Assembly (NCBI GenBank): GCA_963664395.2
Contig: OY761159.2
Location: 896,001-960,000, forward strand
Direction of reading: 5' to 3'
DNA length: 64,000 nucleotides
Source: Candidatus Binatia bacterium
Lineage (GTDB): Bacteria; Desulfobacterota; Binatia; Bin18
Within the stretch, counting starts at the first letter, position 1. The number at the start of each line of letters is the position of its first letter. The notes under the pieces are model-generated. The model saw nothing but the letters and a program-made list of their open reading frames with translations, was not told where the DNA came from and did not search any database. The translations under genes were made by a program, and so were the position numbers. Below, piece by piece: positions 46,785 to 56,518 of the stretch.

Positions 46785-48602
46785 ATGGTCATGCAATCAG
46801 GCGCACTCGAACAGGCAGGCGACAGCATTAAAAACCGAGCCGGACTCGATCATATTACCTTTGAGGTCTTACGGAATCTGTTTGAATACACCTGTGATCG
46901 GATGACGACGGTGCTCCAACGGGCATCATTCTCGCCTATTTTGTCCGATATGGTCGATTTCTCAAACGCCATTTATGACCCGCAGATGCAGCTGTTGAGT
47001 CAGGCCGCCAACGTTCCGGTGCACCTGGCGGCAATGAAGTTTTCGGCCCATGCCGTGCGGGATGAATTCGGCATAGAAAATATGCAGGAGGGCGACATCT
47101 ATGTGGTGAACGATCCGTACCGGGGCGGCACCCATATTAATGATATCTCCTGGATCAAGCCTATTTTTTACAAAGGCGCACAGTTGCTGGGATTTGCCGT
47201 CAGCCGGGGCCACTGGATGGACTTTGGGGGGGGTGCGCCGGGCGGTCAGTCGTGGGGCACGCATATCGCGGAAGAGGGACTCCGTATCCCGCCCATCAAA
47301 GCCTTTGAGAACAATGAGATCAAATCGGAAATCCTCAAGATTCTGCTGGCCAATACGCGCACACCCCATTTTGTCCAGGGTGATCTCCAAGCCCATGTCG
47401 GTTGTCTTAAAGCAGCCGAAGAGGAAATGCAGTCTGCCGCCGAGCGGTATGGTCTGGAGACCATCAAAGCGGCAATGGCCGAGTTGATCGCCTATACCGA
47501 ACGTATTGTTCGCAAGAAAATCGAGAGCATCCCGGACGGGGTATATACCGGCGAAGATTATGCGGATACCGATGGCCAGACGGATGATCCCGTGACCGTC
47601 AAGGTGACCCTGACGGTCAAAGACTCGGATATCACGGTAGACCTGACCGGCTCTGACCCACAGTGTCTGGGGGCCATTAACTCGCCCAAGGCCAATACCT
47701 ATTCCGCTGTCTTTTACTCCCTCCAGTTTTTCCTGGAACCCAGCGCACCGCAAAACGAAGGCATGTTCAACCCGATCAGCGTGATCTTGCCCGACGACTG
47801 CTGGTTGAACCCCAAATGGCCGGCCCCGACCATTGGTTGTACCGTTCTGGCTGCACCCAAAGTCGCCAGTGCAGTGTGGCAGGCGATTGCCAACGCCCTG
47901 CCCGACCGCGCGGTTGGTTCCGCCTGCGGCGACTGCAACTGGTTTGTGTGTGGCGTACGTGAAGCAGACGGCAAAACCGACGTCTTCTCCGACCTGCCGG
48001 CCGGCGGCTGGGGCGGGACACCTTTTAACGATGGCATGAACGTGACCATGGACCCGCTGGGCAATTGCATGAACATGGAAGCGGAAACCGCGGAGCTGAT
48101 GTTCCCGATTGCGTATGAAGCCTTTGATATTCGGCAGGACTCCGCCGGGGATGGCCATCATCGGGGCGGCCTTGGGTCCAATCTCAAGATTCGTTTTTTA
48201 TGCGAAGGCGCCATGAGTGTTGAAACGGCCCGGACACGTGAAGGCACGCCAGGCGTGAATGGCGGACAGCGCAGTGCGCCACAGCGCTTGTGGCATCTGT
48301 CGCCGGACGGAACCAAAAAAGTTGTGGGTGGTCTGACCGAAGACAATCGGTGGCTCAATCCGTTGCTGCGCGGACACAAGCTCTCCCATGGCGACACCTT
48401 CTGGTTTGAAACCACCGGCGGCGGTGGCTGGGGCAATCCCCTTGACCGTCCGCTGCAAAAGGTCCTCGACGATACGCTGGACGAGTATATCTCGGTGGAA
48501 AAAGCACGCAGCACCTATGGCGTGGTGGTGGATACCGCAACCAGGACTGTTGACGAAGCGGCCACCCAGGCCCTGCGGGCAGCCATGCGCGGCGGCGCAT
48601 AA
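46785..48602 (+). CDS. Hydantoinase B / oxoprolinase subunit
   Basis: NDPYRGGTHIND, HWMDFGG, EEGLRIPP, DSAGDG..RGG, TGGGGWGNP. Confidence 0.93.
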   Translation: MVMQSGALEQAGDSIKNRAGLDHITFEVLRNLFEYTCDRMTTVLQRASFSPILSDMVDFSNAIYDPQMQLLSQAANVPVHLAAMKFSAHAVRDEFGIENMQEGDIYVVNDPYRGGTHINDISWIKPIFYKGAQLLGFAVSRGHWMDFGGGAPGGQSWGTHIAEEGLRIPPIKAFENNEIKSEILKILLANTRTPHFVQGDLQAHVGCLKAAEEEMQSAAERYGLETIKAAMAELIAYTERIVRKKIESIPDGVYTGEDYADTDGQTDDPVTVKVTLTVKDSDITVDLTGSDPQCLGAINSPKANTYSAVFYSLQFFLEPSAPQNEGMFNPISVILPDDCWLNPKWPAPTIGCTVLAAPKVASAVWQAIANALPDRAVGSACGDCNWFVCGVREADGKTDVFSDLPAGGWGGTPFNDGMNVTMDPLGNCMNMEAETAELMFPIAYEAFDIRQDSAGDGHHRGGLGSNLKIRFLCEGAMSVETARTREGTPGVNGGQRSAPQRLWHLSPDGTKKVVGGLTEDNRWLNPLLRGHKLSHGDTFWFETTGGGGWGNPLDRPLQKVLDDTLDEYISVEKARSTYGVVVDTATRTVDEAATQALRAAMRGGA

Positions 48603-48653
48603 CCGTCCACGCCATAAAGACACACGAGCCTCCAACACCGTACTCCATTCGCT

Positions 48654-48804
48654 GTAGGGGCGAACCTGTGTGTTTGCCCTGCGCGTACTTCTACTTCGCC
48701 GCTTACGCGGCTACGCTCAGCACGAACGGAGGAGTGAGCCCATCCCTAGCGAAAATTACGACCCTGTGTAGCCGCCCGTCATTCCTGCGGAAGCAGGAAT
48801 CCAG
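48654..48804. repeat. Cluster of three different palindromic repeat types
   Basis: GTAGGGGCGAACCTGTGTGTTTGCCCT (48654-48680); CTTCG...GCTCAGCACGAACGG (~48694-48729); CGTCATTCCTGCGGAAGCAGGAATCCAG (48777-48804). Confidence 0.7.
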
Positions 48805-48832
48805 ACTCCCAGCCCCCTCAAGGAAGCGGCTT

Positions 48833-48974
48833 ATAAGGTTGACAATAGAAATGTCAGGGTTCGATAATATTCCTTGTAAAATCAAATACTTATAGATAAA
48901 GCCTCGAAAGCTGCCGCTCCGAAGCGGACACGTAAGCCTCATAAGGTTGACAATAATAATCAATAAGGTTGACA
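48833..48974 (+). promoter_or_regulatory. Three direct copies of ATAAGGTTGACA; putative operator/promoter boxes
   Basis: Exact 12-mers at 48833, 48941 and 48963, each containing TTGACA, upstream of an HTH pseudogene. Confidence 0.6.
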
Positions 48975-49002
48975 GACCAAACCATTAAAAAGCACTAAAA
49001 CC

Positions 49003-49263
49003 ATGGCAGGAATACGAGAGCAGGGACGGCTCGTTCGCCGTTATATCTTGGAAAACATTGATTCCAATCCACAACACATTGTCCGTTCCGCAGCTTTCTA
49101 ATTCGGAATATCCCGTCAGGCTGTCAACAAACATCTCAGTCGTCTCGTCAAAGAAGGGCTCCTGACGGCGCAGGGAACGACTGGCAACCACACCTACTCA
49201 CTCACTATCCTGGGGAAAAAGCGTATTGGGGCCCCACTCACCAACGAGACAACTGAAGATGCG
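49003..49263 (+). pseudogene. N-terminal winged-HTH remnant of a probable DUF4325 (STAS-like)/HATPase protein
   Basis: MAGIREQGRLVRRYILENI..SAAF*FGISRQAVNKHLSRLVKEGLLTAQG; in-frame TAA at 49099. Confidence 0.65.
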
Positions 49264-49459
49264 GAATCTGAGACAGGTAGTCGGCGCGACAGAGCAGCAG
49301 CTCGCCGCACCACTATATGGAAACAGTCCTGCTGCTCGACCTAGAAAGCGGTTTTGAAACACTGAAAGCGGAGAACCTGAGTTCTAGCTAGATCCGCCCG
49401 TATCAATACGTACGAGATCAAGCTACGCCGGGTCAGGTAGGCAATTCACCCCGATAGAG

Positions 49460-50338
49460 ATGGACCCAGAGAAGCTACCGTTGTTTGGCGGAGTGGCAGG
49501 GGCTACCCTCAGCGTGGATAAGTTCGAGGTCTGCGATGGACTGGTCCTTCGGCAGACATATGCTCATGTGATGTCACCATACATGCTGGCCTTCCAGCGA
49601 CCGGAGCGCGCTGGCCAACACCATCCAGGTCCGTGGAAGACGACGCGCGGCGGCGTGTGGTTGGATGTAGAGATCGAAATTGCATTGCAGGTGGGAGCGC
49701 GTCCAACGGGATTCGACCGCCTCAATACCCTATGGTGGGTCCTCGCACTACTACGGTTATCGACTGGTGCAAGGTTAAGGATGCCAGTTGTGTCCGACAC
49801 TGCGTTTTCGGGTATTGTGGAGAGTTCGGCCGAACCCACCTTGTGGCCAATCGAAACGTTGCCTCGGCAGCTTCACACGATGCCTGATCCACCGGAAGTG
49901 ATTGGGGAGAAAGAGTTGCTGTGGGTGCGCCAAGCGTTTGGCCCCGGTTCCGAGCTGATGAATGATGAAGCTTTCGGGCGTGCATTTCAGACCTTCGATG
50001 ACGTTATTTGGGCGCACTCACCTGGCAGTGCGATTGTAATGACTTGGGCTGCATTGGAGACCCTAATAAGTCCCGGACGCTTTGATATCGCCAAAAAACT
50101 GGCATCCTCGTTGGCCGCGCTCTTGGAGCCCCTGGGTGCCAAGAGAGAACGGTTATTTCAGCAGCTTAAATTGCTATACGAAACCCGCGGTAGCTCCGCT
50201 CACGCATCTCGCTCGCCGGAAGCACAGCAACTCTTTGAGAGTTTAGGCGTTGCTCGACGAGCCTTCATCGCGTGTATCGACAACCGGGAGTTGCCGAAGG
50301 CTGAGACGCTTCTCAAAATGTGGCGACTGAAAAGGTAG
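49460..50338 (+). CDS. HEPN-domain (ApeA-like) protein
   Basis: C-terminal WAALETL..LYETRGSSAH contains the Rx4H HEPN motif. Confidence 0.7.
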   Translation: MDPEKLPLFGGVAGATLSVDKFEVCDGLVLRQTYAHVMSPYMLAFQRPERAGQHHPGPWKTTRGGVWLDVEIEIALQVGARPTGFDRLNTLWWVLALLRLSTGARLRMPVVSDTAFSGIVESSAEPTLWPIETLPRQLHTMPDPPEVIGEKELLWVRQAFGPGSELMNDEAFGRAFQTFDDVIWAHSPGSAIVMTWAALETLISPGRFDIAKKLASSLAALLEPLGAKRERLFQQLKLLYETRGSSAHASRSPEAQQLFESLGVARRAFIACIDNRELPKAETLLKMWRLKR

Positions 50339-50611
50339 CGGCCCGTTCCCGACGCATCGTTGATGATGCCGCCATTTCTGGACAGCACGTTGGACGAGTG
50401 CATGATCGTTGTCTCCGTCACCAGTGGTTCGTCTGCCGGCTGCTGGTGCTGCCCTCTGGAGGGTACGACCTCCGATGAGAGAGGGTAGGTCACCGAGGGG
50501 GCAATTCGAGGGGCGCGGTTTGGGCGAGGCCGCGATCGCGGCCTCGCCGGTGTACGGCAAGCCTCACGGCGAGATTGGGGTAGTGGTGCAACAGAAGGGG
50601 CCGGATCCGCG

Positions 50612-51514
50612 CTAGCCTTCCTTTTCGAGACGCTTGCGACTGGCGGCCAGACCGGCCTGCTGTTTCGCGGTCAGGGTCGGATAGTGCAGGTCCAGTTGCT
50701 CAAGCGCCTGCGCCAAGACCTGCGCCACGGCCAGACGCATATAGGGCTTGTTGTCCGCCGGAATCGCATACCACGGCGCCCAGGGTGTGGACGTCTTATT
50801 CAGACAGTCTTCGTAGGCCCGCATATACGTGTCCCAATACGCCCGCTCGGCCGTATCGGCCTCCGAGAACTTCCAGTTCTTTTTCTGTTTCTTCAGACGA
50901 TCCAGGAAGCGCCGGCGTTGTTCTTTCTTTGAGACGTTGAGCCAGAACTTGAGCACGATCGTGCCGCTCCGAACCAGGTGCTTCTCATAGTCCTGGATGG
51001 ACTCAAAACGGTCCTCCCACAGGCGGTCGTGATCCTTGGGCCAGGGCAGGTGCTGACGAGTCAGAAATTCGGGGTGGACCCGTGCGATCAGCACCTCTTC
51101 ATAATAGCTACGGTTAAAGATACCGATCCGCCCACGCTCAGGCAGGCGGAGCGTCGCCCGCCACAAGAAATCGTGGGCGTATTCCTCTACCGATGGTGCC
51201 TGAAACGAGAAGACCTGAAACCCGGCCGGGTTCAGCCCCCGCATGACAGCCCGAATCGTTGAGTCTTTGCCCGCGGCATCCATGGCCTGGAAGATGCACA
51301 GGACGGCATACTGGGTCTGGGCATATAAAACGCGCTGTCGCTCGTCGAGGCGAGCGGTCAACTGCTCAAGCTGCTCCCGACACTTTGCCGTATTTGGTGC
51401 ATTCTTTCCAGGGCCGGTCGGCGCGTCCTTCACCAGGAAGGTCCCGTCGCACGGCACCTGAAACGGGCTGCCGGGAGGCGTAAAAAACTGCGGGGGCTTG
51501 CGGTGGTTTGCCAT
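50612..51514 (-). CDS. Polyphosphate kinase 2 family (class III-like)
   Basis: QAMDAAGKD, HDFLWR, FNRSYYEEVL, KNWKFS, PWYAIPADNK. Confidence 0.92.
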   Translation of the reverse strand: MANHRKPPQFFTPPGSPFQVPCDGTFLVKDAPTGPGKNAPNTAKCREQLEQLTARLDERQRVLYAQTQYAVLCIFQAMDAAGKDSTIRAVMRGLNPAGFQVFSFQAPSVEEYAHDFLWRATLRLPERGRIGIFNRSYYEEVLIARVHPEFLTRQHLPWPKDHDRLWEDRFESIQDYEKHLVRSGTIVLKFWLNVSKKEQRRRFLDRLKKQKKNWKFSEADTAERAYWDTYMRAYEDCLNKTSTPWAPWYAIPADNKPYMRLAVAQVLAQALEQLDLHYPTLTAKQQAGLAASRKRLEKEG

Positions 51515-51543
51515 ACGATTCAGATATCCCGTCTGCGTTCTCT

Positions 51544-52407
51544 CTATATTGACCTGACACTCGCAGTGGCAATCAGCACGACGGTCTCGTCCGGTTTTGC
51601 CAGCCACACGAAAGCGCCCGTCCGTTCCGGCTCTTCTTTTTCATCCTGGAGTGGTCCGGTCATGACGCCACGGGCAATGACGGTCTCATTGGGCCACACC
51701 GGGTTGGTAAACTTCATATCCAGTCGGCCACTCGTCCACCAGGCTGTCCCAAAGCGTTCTTCGAGAATATGGGCAGCATAGGCCATGGTCATCCGTCCAC
51801 CGATCACGACATCGCCGAACCCCAGTTTTTTCGATTCCTCACGGTTGGTGTGGTAGTTAGCGTCACCGTGAAAAAAACGGTCGCACATCTCCAGACTTAT
51901 GACACGCTCGAGCGGCCCAAACGGCTTGCCCTCCGGGACAACGAAGCGCCGTGCGCCCTGTTTGGCTTTGGGGTCGCGAAAGGTGAGTTGCCCATCCTGC
52001 TGATCGAGCAGATAGCTCTGGTGATGGCGCGTGCGGACGGCCAGTTCTCCCGAGTCGGCGCGCAGCTCGACCTCGTAACGTACCACCGAGCGATTGCGCT
52101 TCGGATAAATGTCCGTGATCTGTGCGGTTGCCGTATACGTCCGGCCCGGTGTCAGCGGCTCGAACAATTCCCACTCCTGGCGCATCCACAGATGACCGAA
52201 ATGATTGCTGAACGACGACTGCGCGAAATAGGCGTTGTCCGGTCCACTGGCAATCATGGAGGGGACCGCAACGGCCGGCGGGCACGGCAGGTTCAGACCG
52301 TCGTAGTAATCGTGTAAGACGGCTTCGGTGACCGTGAAGGGGACACTGCCGAGCTCTTTACCAACATAGGGCTCTTTCGGGTCGGGGGTCTGCCGGGTCA
52401 TATGCAT
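51544..52407 (-). CDS. Double hotdog MaoC-like dehydratase
   Basis: NYHTNREESKKLGFGDVVIGG, LDMKFTNPVWP. Confidence 0.8.
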   Translation of the reverse strand: MHMTRQTPDPKEPYVGKELGSVPFTVTEAVLHDYYDGLNLPCPPAVAVPSMIASGPDNAYFAQSSFSNHFGHLWMRQEWELFEPLTPGRTYTATAQITDIYPKRNRSVVRYEVELRADSGELAVRTRHHQSYLLDQQDGQLTFRDPKAKQGARRFVVPEGKPFGPLERVISLEMCDRFFHGDANYHTNREESKKLGFGDVVIGGRMTMAYAAHILEERFGTAWWTSGRLDMKFTNPVWPNETVIARGVMTGPLQDEKEEPERTGAFVWLAKPDETVVLIATASVRSI

Positions 52408-52439
52408 CTCCTGAGAAAGATGGGAATTCCATTCTCTTG

Positions 52440-52904
52440 CTAGGCCGCCACCGAGAGCGTATCGTCCGGGTCTTCCACTTCCAATAGCTCAACAACATTG
52501 CCGTCGGGATCACGTCCGTATGTCGCCCGCAGCCCCTTGCCCGCTTTCTGCGGCGCGCAGTGGAACGTCATGCCCGCTGCCTTGAGTCGTTCGTATTCAC
52601 CGTCAATATCCTCCACTTGCAGACACAGATGGGTAATACCATGGTCGCATACCGGACGATTGGGGTCTCCAGGTTTGGGCGTCGGCGTGGCGTATTGAAA
52701 CAGCTCCACGCACGCGTTGCCGGCCTTGAGCATGACAACTTGTGATGAAGAATCTTTGAGTCCCACAATTTGATCAATTGATTTTGTCCCCGCTTTCCAA
52801 TCAAACGCAAAGACTTCTTCAAAACCGAGCAGGTCTTTATAGAAGCGCAGCGAGCGCTCGATGTCCCCAGTTGAGATAGCGGTGTGATGGATGCCTTTAA
52901 TCAT
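52440..52904 (-). CDS. VOC family protein
   Basis: IHHTAIS, VELFQY, GITHLCL, RDPDGNVVELLE. Confidence 0.9.
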   Translation of the reverse strand: MIKGIHHTAISTGDIERSLRFYKDLLGFEEVFAFDWKAGTKSIDQIVGLKDSSSQVVMLKAGNACVELFQYATPTPKPGDPNRPVCDHGITHLCLQVEDIDGEYERLKAAGMTFHCAPQKAGKGLRATYGRDPDGNVVELLEVEDPDDTLSVAA

Positions 52905-52963
52905 AGTCCCCCTCCTTCTGTGGTGTTATTATCCTTTTCTTTTTCACACCCGGATAGCGTACG

Positions 52964-53515
52964 CTAGTTTGCCGTATTTGGCTTGTCCAGTGAAAATTTT
53001 CCTTTCGTGAAAAACTTGGGCTGGAGGAGCCAGACGAGTTCTCCCCGGCCAAAGGTCACCGCATGCCAGCCGGGGACTTCCAGGTCGATACGGGCCAGCG
53101 CCGCGGTCGGAAAACGCAGATTGCCCCCGCCAATGAGAAAGCTCGCTAACTCCGACCAGGTCGGTTCATGACCAACGAATAAGGCCGTCGTGGCACTCTT
53201 GGGGAGGGAGCGTATTACTTCCAGCACTGAGGCAGCGTCGGTATTATACAGTGCAGCGGTTATTTCAATCGGGCACTTCCACTTGCCAGCCGTCCGGGCC
53301 ATCTCTGCCGTCGTCTTGGCCCGGACCGCCGAGGATGTCACAACACGGTCCGGTACTTGCCCGGAAGCAGCAAGAATCTGCCCCATTGCCCGTGCCGCTA
53401 AGACACCCCGCTTTGTCAGCGAGCGCGCATGATCCGCATGATCCGCATGATCATGCTCGGCAGCCGTGTCCCAATCAGACTTGGCATGCCGAAAAAGCAG
53501 GAGGTGTTTGGTCAT
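52964..53515 (-). CDS. SixA-like histidine phosphatase
   Basis: LFRHAKSDW, SSAVRA, VGHEP; contains a (DHA)3 expansion. Confidence 0.88.
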   Translation of the reverse strand: MTKHLLLFRHAKSDWDTAAEHDHADHADHARSLTKRGVLAARAMGQILAASGQVPDRVVTSSAVRAKTTAEMARTAGKWKCPIEITAALYNTDAASVLEVIRSLPKSATTALFVGHEPTWSELASFLIGGGNLRFPTAALARIDLEVPGWHAVTFGRGELVWLLQPKFFTKGKFSLDKPNTAN

Positions 53516-54234
53516 TGTTCAGCCACCGAAGCCGACTGCAACGCCGGGAGTGCGTCGGTTTTCACGTACAGCTCACAACCCTGAGTCGAGGTTGGCGTAT
53601 GCTTGCCCCCGGCAGGAATCCGCAGCCAGGTATGTTCCGCATAGACTCCATATTCATCCTCCCAACTCCCCTTGAGGACAAACAGCTCAACACCGCCGGC
53701 GTATGACCAGACGCCGGGAGCCGTACCGGCCTGCCATTGCTCTAGCTGGGTGTGATCTGGAAAGGCCAGGTCTGAATAGAGAATCTTCGTCCGAATCCCC
53801 TCATGCGCCGTGACCTGCCAATCCATGGCGTCGATAGACTGCACCACGTGCGACCGGCCCGAGCCACTATACTGCCGCAGCTTCACGAACAGCACACACC
53901 CGTCCCTGGAGAATGGGGCGTGTCGAAAACCTTCGGGATTGAGCAGATAGGTTCCGGCCGGCCAATCACCATGCTCATCAGAGAAGGTTCCCTCCAGCAC
54001 AAAGATTTCTTCTCCGTGCGGATGATCGTGAACGGGGAAGGTCGCGTTGGGTTCATAGCGCACGAGAGAAGTCACTTGTCCCGCCTCGGGCGGGCCAACC
54101 AGATGTAGCCGTTTACGCCAGACCGTACCGCTCGGGCTAGGCTGCCACGCCATTGTACACGTGTCGGCAACTGCACGTTGTGACAGGTCGCCGTGGATCG
54201 TCCGTATCCGAGAGTCTGAAGCGGGGTTTGTCAT
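53512..54234 (-). CDS. ChrR-like double cupin protein
   Basis: TSLVRY.P...FPVHDHPHGEEIFVLEGTFSDEHG; GGVELFVL.G. Confidence 0.88.
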   Translation of the reverse strand: MTNPASDSRIRTIHGDLSQRAVADTCTMAWQPSPSGTVWRKRLHLVGPPEAGQVTSLVRYEPNATFPVHDHPHGEEIFVLEGTFSDEHGDWPAGTYLLNPEGFRHAPFSRDGCVLFVKLRQYSGSGRSHVVQSIDAMDWQVTAHEGIRTKILYSDLAFPDHTQLEQWQAGTAPGVWSYAGGVELFVLKGSWEDEYGVYAEHTWLRIPAGGKHTPTSTQGCELYVKTDALPALQSASVAEQ

Positions 54235-54235
54235 G

Positions 54236-54898
54236 TTAAAGGATGCCAACGGGTCCACCGTTAAGAGCAGCAGCCTGACGATAGGCCGGCCGGGCAGTCA
54301 GACGCCGGGTGTAGTCAATCAGCTCATGGGCTAAAGGGATTTTACAGTAGCGCGCCCACGTCAAACAGCTGGTCAGCAAGACATCCGCACAGGTAAAGGT
54401 CTCACCCAGTATATACGGTCCGCCGGAACGAAGGGCCTGCGTCACAACGGCAATCTGACGCGCAAAGCCTTCTTTTGCCGCTTGCACCGCATTCGGGGCC
54501 GCACCATACAGATGGGCCAGGTCAGCATGCCGGCGCAGGATGTACAAGGTGTGTGCATCAAGCTCGGTCATAATAAAAAAACACCACTGATCGTATAGTC
54601 CCCGCTGCGGTGTGCCCGAACGTGGGACCAACCCGGATTCCGGCCTATAGTTTTCAACCAGATAATTGATGATCGCGGCACTCTCGGCCAGGACAAGATC
54701 ACCATCCTGGAGAACGGGAATCTTGCCACGCGGGTTGAGCGCACGAAACTCATCTGTCTGGGTTTCTCCCGTCCGCGAGCCAATCAGGCACTTTTCATAG
54801 TCCAGCCCGAGTTCGTGCAACACCCAGTGCGGCCGGATGGTACGTGTCGTACCCGCGCCCCACAGGATGAGGCGCGGGGATTTCCGCGTATCGGTCAT
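54236..54898 (-). CDS. Glutathione S-transferase family protein
   Basis: LNPRGKIPVL.DG..LAESAAI, GETFTCAD. Confidence 0.9.
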   Translation of the reverse strand: MTDTRKSPRLILWGAGTTRTIRPHWVLHELGLDYEKCLIGSRTGETQTDEFRALNPRGKIPVLQDGDLVLAESAAIINYLVENYRPESGLVPRSGTPQRGLYDQWCFFIMTELDAHTLYILRRHADLAHLYGAAPNAVQAAKEGFARQIAVVTQALRSGGPYILGETFTCADVLLTSCLTWARYCKIPLAHELIDYTRRLTARPAYRQAAALNGGPVGIL

Positions 54899-54958
54899 GC
54901 GCTTACTCCTCACCACAGCTCGGTCGTTGTCAGGTCCCTTGAGGACCCAGAGCAGGCA

Positions 54959-56404
54959 CTAGGCAGCCACATGCACTGACGGACGCTTGTCCGCCCACGG
55001 TTTTGCCTCTTCCAGCTGAGCGGCCAGCCGCAGCAGCCCGGCTTCATCTCCGAAATGACCGACAAACTGGACACCGACCGGCAGGCCGTCGGCACTCCAA
55101 TGCAACGGCAGTGAAATCGCCGGCTGGCCGGTTGTATTAAAAAGCGGGGTAAAGGATACATACGAGAAGACCTGGCGCGTCCACTCCATAGCCGTCATAC
55201 CGGCACGGTTCTGGTTCACTTCGCCATGCGGCACAGGCGGCTTGGCAATGGTTGGGGTGACAAGGACATCGATGTTTTCAAAGAAGCGCCCGACGATGCG
55301 AGACAAGCGTCCGCCATGGTCCAGGGCTTTCAGCAGATCAACCGCGGTATACTTCTTGCCGTCTTCCCAGCAGGCCAGCGTCACGGCTTCCAGCGTATCC
55401 GGGCTCGGCGAACGGCCCATTTCTTTGGCAAGGTCTTCAACCGCCATGGCATTATAGGCAGTCCAGATCACGTGAATGTTTTCAAGAAACTCCTCCCAAT
55501 CATATTCCGGTCGGCCTTCTTGAACCGTGTGGCCGAGTTCCTCCAGTACCCGCACAGTGTCATGAACCGCTTGCTCGCATTCCGGGTCAATCTTCTCGCC
55601 CGAGGCCGGAGTTGTGGTCCAGGCAATACGCAGCTTCCCCGGCGCTGCACCAGCTTCTTCACGGTAGGGGCGGGCTGGCGGGACCGGGAGGCCGGACGCG
55701 CCGGCATCGGCACCAGCCACAATGTCGAGCAAGGTCGCAGAGTCTCGTACACTACGCGAAACAACAAACTCACACGCCAATCCACACAGTGGGTCAGAAT
55801 AGTCGGGCCCGGTGGGCACCAGGTCGCGCGAGGGCTTGAGGCCAACCAGGCCATTACAAGAGGCGGGGATACGAATAGAGCCACCGCCATCGTTTGCATG
55901 CGCGACCGGGACAATGCCGGCGGCGACCGACGCACCGGACCCCCCACTCGATCCGCCGGCACTATGGCCGGCCTTCCACGGGTTGTGGACCGGGCCGAAC
56001 AGGACAGTCTCAGTTGTAGGGTTGTAACCCAGCTCGGGCGTTTGGGTTGTCCCGGTCAGTACGAACCCGGCCCGCCGAAAGCGCGCCATGAGCTCGGAAT
56101 CCTCGGAGGCAACATAGCCCTGCGCCAGCCGTGAGCCCATGTCGAGGCGTACGCCCTTGGCGTGCAGGACGAGTTCTTTGATCAGAAACGGCACACCGCT
56201 GAACGGACCTTGAGGCAGCCCGGCCTGAATCTCTGCCGTTGCCTGGTCTGACAAGACTTGGAGCACGGCGTTCAGTTGCGGGTTGACCTTTTCAATTGCC
56301 CGGACAGCAGTCGCTACAAGTTCTCCGGCGCTCACTTCTTTGCGTGCAACCAGATCGGCCAGCCCAAGACCGTCGTACTGTGCATATTCACTCAGGGACA
56401 GCAT
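54959..56404 (-). CDS. Amidase (amidase-signature family)
   Basis: [25 protein letters not shown]. Confidence 0.93.
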   Translation of the reverse strand: MLSLSEYAQYDGLGLADLVARKEVSAGELVATAVRAIEKVNPQLNAVLQVLSDQATAEIQAGLPQGPFSGVPFLIKELVLHAKGVRLDMGSRLAQGYVASEDSELMARFRRAGFVLTGTTQTPELGYNPTTETVLFGPVHNPWKAGHSAGGSSGGSGASVAAGIVPVAHANDGGGSIRIPASCNGLVGLKPSRDLVPTGPDYSDPLCGLACEFVVSRSVRDSATLLDIVAGADAGASGLPVPPARPYREEAGAAPGKLRIAWTTTPASGEKIDPECEQAVHDTVRVLEELGHTVQEGRPEYDWEEFLENIHVIWTAYNAMAVEDLAKEMGRSPSPDTLEAVTLACWEDGKKYTAVDLLKALDHGGRLSRIVGRFFENIDVLVTPTIAKPPVPHGEVNQNRAGMTAMEWTRQVFSYVSFTPLFNTTGQPAISLPLHWSADGLPVGVQFVGHFGDEAGLLRLAAQLEEAKPWADKRPSVHVAA

Positions 56405-56518
56405 AGCAGTATCCTCCTTATTTGATGTGAAATGTTGAGCCCTCTCTCCCTCACAGGGCGATTACTCTACCATGTTGCGCTCGAAATCGTCCACGCATAC
56501 CTATCCCACAGACGGGAG

